NCBI GenBank assembly: GCA_041659505.1
Contig: JBAZYF010000001.1
Location: forward strand, 189,274 to 253,273
Direction of reading: 5' to 3'
DNA from: Parcubacteria group bacterium
GTDB lineage: Bacteria; Patescibacteriota; Minisyncoccia; Moranbacterales; UBA2206
DNA length: 64,000 nucleotides
Shown: positions 37,501-49,500 of the stretch, one piece after another
Numbering within the stretch: position 1 is the first letter of the stretch
How the letters are laid out: each line of letters opens with the position of its first letter
Notes under the pieces: model-generated
What the model was told of the DNA's origin: nothing
Database searches by the model: none
Seen by the model: only the letters and a program-made list of their open reading frames with translations
Translations under genes and position numbers: made by a program

Positions 37501-40500
37501 AAATCCTAATGCATTGTTAGAGCCAGTAAGAAACAAGCCTGTTGATTGTCCATTGGAAAAAGTATAGCTTGGCGATGCAGGGCCACCATTAGCATTCATA
37601 ATGTAGGAATTTACCGTAAGATTTGAATTTATAAAAGTAGCGCCACCTACATGCAATTTATACGTTGGATCAGTCGTCCCAATACCAATGTTGCCATTGC
37701 TTAAAATAACCATGCTTCTTGTCGGGATATAATCAACACCACTGGTTAGACCAGAGTTGTTCCAAAATTCAGTTCCTCCATTTTGATTAAAGTTAATTCC
37801 AGATGCCGCTGAATAATTTGGTGTAAAGTTTAGATTTGAATGATAGTAGGCATTGTTTCCAATAAAACTTCCAACGCTATCATACACAGAGCCAATCCAT
37901 AATTGCTGCAATGAGTTTGTGTTCCAAAGACGCAGTTGTTTGTAGTCCGTGTTTTGGAGGTCTAATCTTGTTGCTGGACTCGTCGTCCCAATTCCCACAT
38001 TCGTCCCATTGTCATACAGCACCCCAGTGGAAAGATTATTCGCTCCTGTCCAGCGGGCGACATAATTTTGCGTGCCGGTGCCGAGGGCCACTGTGCCGTC
38101 GGCGTTTGGCAAGGTGTAGGTTCTGGCTTGAGTAAGATCAGCAATTGTCAGTTGACCTCTACCATCGGCGTCGTAGAAATAGAGTTGGGTGCCAGCTGTG
38201 CCGGAAGCGGTGAAGGCGTCGCCTCCTGTTACATTGCCAATGGCGGTGATATCGCCTGCTCCGCTGATGCCGTTTACGGTTTTCCATTCCAAAACGCCAC
38301 TTCCATTGGAAACCAAAACTTGATCAGGATCACCGTCATTGACCGGAAAAGTGTAGATCGTATTTTGCGTCATTGAGGCGCTGGGTTGCAAGGTCAAAGT
38401 ATAGTCCGTCGCACCGACTTCGCTGTAGAGCGCGAGGCTTCCTGTGATTCCAGCGTTGCCGATTTGCATGCGCGCTGTGCTCGTGTCGATGCCAAAAATT
38501 GAATTAGCCAAAGTTGTTCCGCCGATAGCAAAGTCGCTGGCGGTGTCCGTGAGATAGGAAAGGCTCGGCGTACCAACCACGCGCGTCCAATCGCTTGATC
38601 CGGCAGTGGCTTCCGCCCAGCGCGGATTGACGCCGACACCTCTGGTTTGGAGATAATAACCGTCTGTTCCGGCGGGCAAATTGACCCAGCTCGTTCCGTT
38701 GTAATAAAGCACATCGCCTTGCGCGGGAGTGCTTGGCGCGACGAGATAGCTATTAGTATCAAAGCCCATCACTCCGCCACTGGTCATGCTCAAAAGATAG
38801 GTGGCAATGGGTTCGTCGGAAGGCAGATAGAAATGGGCGGAAGAAGTCATCGCACTGTTGGGGGAAAGGGTGGCGGAATAATCCAAGGCGCCTTGTTCGC
38901 TATAGAAACTTAAAGCTCCACTGGTGCCAGCCATTCCCAATGTCGGCGTGTGGGTAATTGACCAAGTGCCGGCGGTGAGCATCGGCATACCGCTGGAAGA
39001 TGCCGTGTCGATGCCAGTGCCTCCGCGCGATGTGGCCAGTTGCGGTTCAGCGGTGAGGGCGTTGGCTCCGCTCCAATAAGCAACCGATCCGGCAGTGCCT
39101 GATCCGGAAATAGCTCCCGCCGCGCCCCAAGTAGTAATGCAGCTGGTGCCATTGCCGAGGCACAGTCCCGCAAATTCGCCATAACCGGCGGTCACGACTT
39201 TGTCATAAGTAGAAATTCCACCAGTGATGCGTAAATTTCCGACTGTGCCGGCATCGGAAAAAGAAGCCAAAAGATTGGTACCATCGGTCAATTCAAGATT
39301 ACCGGAAGTACCGTTATAGCTGGTCGAAAAATTACCATCTGCGCCATAACGCAAAGCTGTGTTGTCCGCGAGCGTCCAAACTCCGCTGATGTTTTCGCTG
39401 TCTGCATCGAAGATATAGGCTTCGATTTTGTTTTCCAAATTCGCTTCCGTCGCTACGCCCGTGCCTCCAGTTGCGACGCCAAGAGTGGCATTGATTGACC
39501 AAGTTCCACTAGAAAGCGTCGGCACGCCGGTCGCACTGCCGGTGTTGAGGCCCGTTCCGCCATTGCCCGCACCCAAAAGTCCCGTCACATCCGTGGCCAG
39601 ATCAATCGCATTTCTGGTGAGCACTTGATTACCATCAAGGGTGATGTAGTCCAGTGTTCCCGCGAGTGTAAGCGCGGTGTGGATGTCGGTGGTGTAGGCC
39701 ACTGTTCCGCCTTCGTTTTTGAACACGATGTCACGATCAGCGGTCGGATTGGTGATGATGAAGCGCGTTTCAAAATTATCATCCGCTCCCGAACCTTCAA
39801 AGGTGATTGTTTGCGTATCGGAGTAGTTGGCATCGGCCAGGTTGAAATAGAAAGCGGAAGAATTGACCGCGCTTCCGCCAATCATTAGGCTGTCTGCGGT
39901 ATCGGTAAGAAAAGTAAAGGCGCCTCCGTCTGACCATTTCGACCCCCCACTTCCTCCATCATTCACAATCCAAGTAAACCCACCACCAGAATTATAGCTC
40001 AAAACATAACCGGCTGTTGGGCCGTTGGTGGCGCTCAAATCCGCTTCGGCAATCGTGCTGTCGCTGATTTCTGAGGAACCGATGGCATCTGATTGAATCG
40101 TGGCGACACCTAAGTTACTGATGAGCATATCTCCGCTCATAGAACGGAAAGTTGGCACACCAGTCGCTCCGGCAATGAGCAGTTGGGCGTCGGTGCCGGC
40201 CGTCGTCATTCCGACTGCACTGGCTCCCAGACCATAAAGGACACCGTTCGTGGTGAGCGTGGAGCGACCGGTTCCGCCATCAGCCACGGAAATGTCGGTG
40301 CCACCGGCGCGGTAGATGTAGCTCGAACCGATGGTTACGGCGGTTGGGATGTCAGTGGCAATCGAAGGCACGCCCGATCCGTTAGTCACGAGTAGTCCAT
40401 TATTGCCGGAAGTCACGCCAGAAAGGGCGTTAGTGCCAGACCAATAGGCCAGTTGATTAGCCACGCCGGTGCCCAGAGCGACTGAGCCTGTGGCATTGGG

Positions 40501-43500
40501 GAAAGTGTAAGTTTGATTGGCGCTGAGATCTGCCACGTCTAATGTTCCATAAAAAGTATCACCGGTGGATTCCATAATTTGCAGTTCACTGCCGGCATTA
40601 GCGAGCACAATGTCAAAGGCGCCGGCTTGCGTCCAATTGGAAGTCAAACTGCCTAAAGCCAAGGTGAGTGTCGCACCTTCGCTGCCGCCGTTGGCGCCGG
40701 TGATTCCATTGCCGTTAGTGAGCGTTGCCACGTAGTTGCCGGTGGTATCGGTGGTCAGTGCGACAGAATTAGATTGAATTGTGGCGGTGCCAGTGTCAGT
40801 CAGATTTATGTCTCCACTAACTGATTGGAAAGTCGGTGTTCCGGTTGCTCCGGCAATGAGGATTTGTCCGCTCGTACCGGCGCTGGTCATTCCCACGGCA
40901 CTCGAACCGAGGCCATAAATAACGCCGTTATTGGTGAGAGTCGAGCGACCGGTTCCGCCGTTACTCACCGGTAGTGTGCCTGTGACATCAGTTGTGAGAT
41001 CAATCGCTCCGCGCGTAAGCACTTGATTACTGTCCAGCGTGAGATAGTCCAGTGTTCCGGCCAGGGTGACGGAATTGTGGAGATCAGTTGTGAGAGCGAT
41101 GGTGCCGGAGGCGTTGGGGAAATTAATCGCTCGATCAGCGGTTGGATCAAGCACACCGACGGTTGTTTCATAAGCGTCCGGAGTGGCTCCTTCGAAAGTG
41201 AACGTAGAAGCGCTAATATCAAAGAAAAATCCAGTATCTGCCGTGCTTCCGCCGATAAGCAGGTTATTTGTCGTCGCAGTAAGATAGGTAAAACCACTGC
41301 CGGAATCAGTCCATTTCGACCCCCCACTTCCTCCATCATTCACAATCCAAGTAAACCCACCACCAGAATTATAGCTCAAAACATAACCGGCTGTTGGGCC
41401 GTTGGTGGCGCTCAAATCCGCTTCGGCAATCGTGCTGTCGCTGATTTCTGAGGAACCGATGGCATCTGATTGAATCGTGGCGACACCTAAGTTACTGATG
41501 AGCATATCTCCGCTCATAGAACGGAAAGTTGGCACACCAGTCGCTCCGGCAATGAGCAGTTGGGCGTCGGTGCCGGCCGTCGTCATTCCGACTGCACTGG
41601 CTCCCAGACCATAAAGGACACCGTTCGTGGTGAGCGTGGAGCGACCGGTTCCGCCATCAGCCACGGAAATGTCGGTGCCACCGGCGCGGTAGATGTAGCT
41701 CGAACCGATGGTTACGGCGGTTGGGATGTCAGTGGCAATCGAAGGCACGCCCGATCCGTTAGTCACGAGTAGTCCATTATTGCCGGAAGTCACGCCAGAA
41801 AGGGCGTTAGTGCCAGACCAATAGGCCAGTTGATTAGCCACGCCGGTGCCCAGAGCGACTGAGCCTGTGGCATTGGGGAAAGTGTAAGTTTGATTGGCGC
41901 TGAGATCTGCCACGTCTAATGTTCCATAAAAAGTATCACCGGTGGATTCCATAATTTGCAGTTCACTGCCGGCATTAGCGAGCACAATGTCAAAGGCGCC
42001 GGCTTGCGTCCAATTGGAAGTCAAACTGCCTAAAGCCAAGGTGAGTGTCGCACCTTCGCTGCCGCCGTTGGCGCCGGTGATTCCATTGCCGTTAGTGAGC
42101 GTTGCCACGTAGTTGCCGGTGGTATCGGTGGTCAGTGCGACAGAATTAGATTGAATTGTGGCGGTGCCAGTGTCAGTCAGATTTATGTCTCCACTAACTG
42201 ATTGGAAAGTCGGTGTTCCGGTTGCTCCGGCAATGAGGATTTGTCCGCTCGTACCGGCGCTGGTCATTCCCACGGCACTCGAACCGAGGCCATAAATAAC
42301 GCCGTTATTGGTGAGAGTCGAGCGACCGGTTCCGCCGTTACTCACCGGTAGTGTGCCTGTGACATCAGTTGTGAGATCAATCGCTCCGCGCGTAAGCACT
42401 TGATTACTGTCCAGCGTGAGATAGTCCAGTGTTCCGGCCAGGGTGACGGAATTGTGGAGATCAGTTGTGAGAGCGATGGTGCCGGAGGCGTTGGGGAAAG
42501 TGTAAGTTTGATTGGCGCTCAAGTCGCCCACGTCCACTGTGCCATAATAGGTGTTGCCAGATGATTCCATAATTTGCAATTCACTGCCCGCGTTGCCCAA
42601 GATTATATCAAAAGCACCCGACTGATTCCAATTAGCGGTGAGATTACTCAAAGCCAAAGTTAAGGTTGCGCCTTCACTGCCAGCGGAACCGCCGGTCAGG
42701 CCATTACCACTGGCGACTGTGGCCACATAGTTTCCAGTTGTCTGCGTCGTGAGTGCGATGCGATCCGCTCCGACTGAGGCCACACCCGCCGCGCTGATCG
42801 TCACATCCCCACTCATCGTCACAAAAGTCGGCACACCAGTCGCGTTAGCCACTAAAAATTGCGTTTCTGTTCCAGCCGTCGTCGCTTGAAGCGCGCCTGT
42901 TCCATTGCCATAGAGCACGCCGTTGGTTGCATAAGTTCCCGCTCCGGTGCCTCCGCGCGTCACACTCAAATACTGTTCCGCCGCCAGAGAACTGGCTCCC
43001 GTCCAATAGGTCGCGTAGCCATTGGTGCCAGTGCCAGTCACTCCGCCCACGCCGGAAACCGAACTCCAAGAGAGCGCACCGTTGCCGTCCGTGATTAAAA
43101 CTTGCTGATTGATTCCGTCATCGGCCGGCATAGTCAGTGTCACATCTTGCGTCATCGCCGGATTTGGCGCAATAGCCAGCGTGTGATCAGTCGCGCCTTG
43201 CTCACTATATATAGTGAGCGATCCGCTTGTGGCATCTGCTCCTAATTGAATTGTCGCATCCAGATCCAGTGTTGTTCCGGTCAAGTTCAGATTGCCCGAA
43301 TTGGCGGTGATCCAAGCGATAGAACTATTGGAATCATCCCAGAACATTAGACGGTCGGCGTTGGGGTCGGTGAGATTCGCTCCAGTTCCTCCGCGCGACA
43401 TTGCGAGTTGATTTTCATAAGCCAGTGTGTTGTCATCAAGCCAATAAGCGGCCGAATTGGCAAAACCGGTGCCATCAAGCGCGCCCACACCGGAAACTGA

Positions 43501-46500
43501 ACTCCAAGTCAGGGCGCCGGCACCATTCGTAATCAGCACTTGACTAGCATCACCATCATTAGCTGGAAGGGTGAAGGTAACGTTTTGCGTCATTGCTCCG
43601 TTTGGTTGTAATTTGACAGAATAATCTGTTGTTCCTTGTTCACTATATAGGGTAAGGTCACCACTCGTACCATTGGAACCAAGCGTGACAGAAGAAGCCA
43701 GGTCAAACACTGTGCCGGTGATGTTAAGGTTAGCAGCGCCGGAAAGCCAAGCGATAGAACTATTGGAATCATCCCAGAACATTAGACGGTCGGCGTTGGG
43801 GTCGGTGAGCGAGGCTCCCGTTCCACCGTCAGCCAGTGACACATCCGTTCCGCCAGCGCGATAGATATAGCCCGAACCGATCGTGACGGCGGTGGGCAAA
43901 TCCGTACTAATTGAAGGCGCGCCACCGGCACCAGTGACCAAAATTCCGTCGTTCGCGGTGGCAATGCTCGAGAGCGTGTTCGCCGAAGTTGTATAAAGAA
44001 TAGTGTTTACTCCGCCAAAAGTTCCCACACCAGTGCCTCCGCGCACCACACTCACATATTGTTCCGCCAAAAGCGTGTTAGCATCTGACCAATAAGCCGG
44101 ATAACCGGCAGTTCCGATGCCTAATGCAACAGTTCCGGAAACATTAGGAAAGGTGTATGTCTGATCAGCGCTCAAATTTGCTACATCAAAAATTCCGTAA
44201 TATAGCCCGCCGATTGATTCCATAATTTTCAATTCAGACGAGGCATTGGCTAAAACTAAATCATAGGCGCCACCTTGGCTCCAATCAGCCGTTAGATTGC
44301 TCAGCGCCAACGTCAGAGTTGCCCCCTCACTCCCGCCATTAGCACCAGCTATTCCATTGCCATTGCTCAAGGAAAGGACATAATTGCCTGTCGTGTCACT
44401 GCCCAGCGCCACAGCGTCCGGTTGGATTGTCGCCACACCCAAATCTGTCAGATTAATGTCCCCGCTCACCGAACGGAAAACTGGTGTGCCGGTTGCTCCA
44501 GCGATAATAAGCTGTCCACTGGTTCCCGCTGTGCTCGCACTGATTCCACTGGTGCCATTGCCATAGAGTACGCCATTGGTAGCAAAAGTGATCTGTCCTG
44601 TTCCGCCGTTGCCCACTGGCAGTGTGCCGGTCACGTCGGTGGCAAGATCAATGGCACTTCTAGTAATGACTTGATTGCCATCAATTGTGAGATAGTCTAA
44701 TGTTCCGCCCAAGGTCGCAGAGTTGTGTAAATCAGAGGTAAGGGCAACTGTGCCGGAAGCGTTGGGGAAATTAATCGCTCGATCAGCCGTTGGATCAAGC
44801 ACACCTAGCGTTGTTTCATAAGCATCCGGAGTGGCTCCTTCCAAAGTTAAGGTAGAGGCGCTGATATCAAAGAAGAATCCTGTATCCGTTGCGCTTCCGC
44901 CGATAACCAGGTCATTTGTCGTTGTGGTGAGATAGGTAAACGTTCCCGTGTCTGTCCATTTGGAAGAACCCGAGCCACCCGTTTCTGGCGACCAATGCAT
45001 CTGACCGCCGACATATTTCAAAATCAAGCCTTCTCCGGCGGCATTGTCAAAATTAATGTCCCCTTCGGCGATACTGCTGTCGATAATTTCCGCGCTACCC
45101 ACCGCACTATTAGCAATTGTCGCCGTTCCATTGGCGATAATGGTTACATCTCCGCCTAGCGTCACAAAAGCTGGAATACTGCTGGCATTAGCAATGAGGA
45201 TTTGTCCCGATGATCCGGCCGCGGTGATTTGCATTGCTCCGACTCCATTGCCATAAACAATTCCATTGGGCGTGAAAGTAGTCGCGCCGGTTCCGCCGTT
45301 GGCCACTGGGAGCGTACCAGTCACATGGCTAGCCAGATCAATTTGAGCAAAGGTAATCGCTTGACCGATGATTGACGCATAGGTTTGGCCGGCGAGCGTG
45401 ACTGGGGCGTGGATGTCGCTAGTCAAAGCTAGTGTGCCAGAGGTATCGGGGAAAGTATAGGTGCGGTTAGCACTCAAGTCGCCCACATCTACTGTGCCAT
45501 AGAACGCTCCGCCATTGGATTCCATGATTTGCAATTCACTGCCGGCATTAGCGAGTACGATGTCAAATGCGCCGGTTTGGTTCCAATTGGAGGTTAAATT
45601 ACCTAGCGCCAACGTCAGAGTTGCCCCCTCACTCCCGCCATTAGCACCAGCTATTCCATTGCCATTGCTCAAGGAAAGGACATAATTGCCTGTCGTGTCA
45701 CTGCCCAGCGCCACAGCGTCCGGTTGGATTGTCGCCACACCCAAATCTGTCAGATTAATGTCCCCGCTCACCGAACGGAAAACTGGTGTGCCGGTTGCTC
45801 CAGCGATAATAAGCTGTCCACTGGTTCCCGCTGTGCTCGCACTGATTCCACTGGTGCCATTGCCATAGAGTACGCCATTGGTAGCAAAAGTGATCTGTCC
45901 TGTTCCGCCGTTGCCCACTGGCAGTGTGCCGGTCACGTCGGTGGCAAGATCAATGGCACTTCTAGTAATGACTTGATTGCCATCAATTGTGAGATAGTCT
46001 AATGTTCCGCCCAAGGTCGCAGAGTTGTGTAAATCAGAGGTAAGGGCAACTGTGCCGGAAGCGTTGGGGAAATTAATCGCTCGATCAGCCGTTGGATCAA
46101 GCACACCTAGCGTTGTTTCATAAGCATCCGGAGTGGCTCCTTCCAAAGTTAAGGTAGAGGCGCTGATATCAAAGAAGAATCCTGTATCCGTTGCGCTTCC
46201 GCCGATAACCAGGTCATTTGTCGTTGTGGTGAGATAGGTAAACGTTCCCGTGTCTGTCCATTTGGAAGAACCCGAGCCACCCGTTTCTGGCGACCAATGC
46301 ATCTGACCGCCGACATATTTCAAAATCAAGCCTTCTCCGGCGGCATTGTCAAAATTAATGTCCCCTTCGGCGATACTGCTGTCGATAATTTCCGCGCTAC
46401 CCACCGCACTATTAGCAATTGTCGCCGTTCCATTGGCGATAATGGTTACATCTCCGCCTAGCGTCACAAAAGCTGGAATACTGCTGGCATTAGCAATGAG

Positions 46501-49500
46501 GATTTGTCCCGATGATCCGGCCGCGGTGATTTGCATTGCTCCGACTCCATTGCCATAAACAATTCCATTGGGCGTGAAAGTAGTCGCGCCGGTTCCGCCG
46601 TTGGCCACTGGGAGCGTACCAGTCACATGGCTAGCCAGATCAATTTGAGCAAAGGTAATCGCTTGACCGATGATTGACGCATAGGTTTGGCCGGCGAGCG
46701 TGACTGGGGCGTGGATGTCGCTAGTCAAAGCTAGTGTGCCAGAGGTATCGGGGAAAGTATAGGTGCGGTTAGCACTCAAGTCGCCCACATCTACTGTGCC
46801 ATAGAACGCTCCGCCATTGGATTCCATGATTTGCAATTCACTGCCGGCATTAGCGAGTACGATGTCAAATGCGCCGGTTTGGTTCCAATTGGAAGTCAGG
46901 CTATCCAGCGCAAACGACGCCGTCCAACCTTCTCCGGCCACGCCGGAAATGGCAATTCCATTGCCACTTGTTGCACCGAGCAGATAATTTCCCACCGTGT
47001 CAGTTCCTAGTGCGACTGAATTGGGCTGAATCGTTGACGCGCCCGAAGCCGCAATAAAAACATCGCCGGTCATTGGCACAAATACTGGCACCCCGCTGGA
47101 ATTGGCCACGACAAACTGCGCTTCCGTTCCTGCTGCTGTAATGTTAATTCCACTCGTGCCATTACCGTAGAGAATGCCGTTGGTGGCAAAAGTCGCTCTG
47201 CCTGTTCCACCGTTGCTGATTGGCAACGTACCCGTCACATCAGTTGTCAAATCAATCTGCCCGCGCACTATGTCTTGCCCGGCAAGCGTGATGTAGTCAT
47301 AAAGACCGCTCACACTCAAATTCGTCTGAGTAATAATTGTTTGCCCGGTGCCATTGCCAATCACCAATTGATCATTGTCCACGTCCCATTCAATCCGGCC
47401 TTCAGCGGTTGGTGTCGGCGTGGCTGATTGAACCAGTGTAAGATTTGATCCGGAAATCGTTCCGCCGGAAATCGTCAGCGCATCAGAAACATAGGCATCC
47501 GTAACAGGAGTCGCATTCCAGATACCGGCCGTCACTGTTCCCAGCGAACTGATAGTTGATGTATTGCGCCATTGTAAAGCAGATCCGGTATTGCTCAAAA
47601 ATTGACCCGCTGATCCAACAGCCATTCTTTGCCATTTGATGATTCCCCCGCCTTGATTAGTTCCCACAATCATATCGCCCTCCAAAGGCGAAGCAGCCAC
47701 GACATCCGGATGAGAAAGCGAAAGTAAATTATGCGCTCCGACAAAGGGGGAATTTTGCCAGCCAGGCGCTCCGCCCAAAACACCAAAAATTTGTCCGTTC
47801 GATCCAATCGGCAAACGTGTCAGCGCTCCGCCGGAAGAATAATATAGCAGATCGCCTGGAACATAACTAGACAGTCCTGTTCCGCCATTGCCAGTTGGCA
47901 ATGTGCCCGTCACATCCGTGCCTAAATCAATCGCGTTTAGTGTAAGCACTTGATTGGCATCGATTGAGAGATAATCCAAAGAACCAGCCAACGTGACTGC
48001 GCTGTGACCAAGTGCCGACAAATTACCCCATGCCGGTGTACCATCGGCAGAAATTGATAATACTTGGCCGATTGTTCCCGCGGATATCTTAGAGAAAGTT
48101 GAGCCGGAAGAATAATACAGCATATCGCCGGAAGTAAAAGCAGAAAGTCCCGTGCCTCCACTGGCAATTGGCAAAATGCCTTGCGTTTCGCTTGCCAGAT
48201 CAACTTTTCCGACCGTGAATTTTTGGCCAGAAAGCGTGAGAAACTTGGAGCCGGAAATGGTAAATTTCAAACGTTTGTCGTTGCCCAAAAGTAGCTGATT
48301 ACTCCCCGTTCCGGTTGGCAAATTGGAAATGGCAATTTTGCCTTGCGCGTCCAGAGCAACAATGTCCCCGGCCGAGACGCCAACTTTTTTGCCATTGAGG
48401 AGCAGTGAATTTCCGGCATTGAGCGCATAAAGCGGAGTGGCCAGTCTTTTTCTCGGTGCCATCTCGCTATCCTCTCCCACGCGGATGCCCAAAAAGAACT
48501 GACCAGCTTGGATGGTTGTGAAAATTGGCAAGTCAGTGACTTGTCCCAGGTTAACGCGGAAAATACCATCCTTAACCGTGACAGTTTGCGTTTCTTCCCA
48601 AACGCGATTGGCGCTGTCTGTGTCGGAAGGATAAGCGTCAATTTGGGTGCGATCTGTGTCATAGATGGCAAAACGCACAGCATAGCTTCCGTCCTCTACT
48701 TGCCCGTTGGCGCCGGAAAGCGCTCCGGTCAATTGAATAATTCTCGGTTTTGTGACAATGGTTGTCGCGTCACTCGCATTTTGCGTCGTCGTATTGTCCG
48801 ACGCAACAATCGCTTCCGCCAAAACCATTTCTTGTCCTCCTTCGCTAAAGCTACGGCGTGACGAGCCCGAATTGGATTTGGCAATAGTTTTTTCATCTCC
48901 CATCGGCGCATACGCCAAATCTTGTCCCCCTGCCAAATTTCCTTCGCTACGCTGAAGCTCTTTGACACGCCGTAGTTCATCAACGGAGGAGGTTAGCGAA
49001 AGCGAGGCCAACTGATATTTTTCCGGCAAAGCGTAGGCCACTGTCGCGAAAAGCAAAATAATTCCAACCACCAAAGCCGGATATTTAGCATTGACAAGAA
49101 TTAAATTTTTCTTGGCTCGGAGTGCCAGAGAATTTTCTTGCCTTTTTTCTTTCGAAGCCAATTCAAAATTATGCGCGGATTTTTCTTTTTTGACAGAAAG
49201 ATTTTTTTTGCCTTTGAAAAAAATTGAAATTATTTTTTCTGATGATTTTAGTAATTTTAGATTCGCAAAAATTTGGCGGATAATTTTTAGCAAAAACCAA
49301 GCCAGAAAAATACCGGAAATCAGAACCGCAAATGAGACTGCAAGTTGTTCAATCAGCACCAAATCTAGTTTTTCGCCGGAAAAAATCGCACCGGCAAAAA
49401 TGGCTTGTTTGCGGGAATTTTTACCCGTGCAGACGAGGCAGTGCCTCGTCTCTGCCGCTTTTTTGCCACCACAAATAGCCCTTTCCCAAACTTGGGTTAA

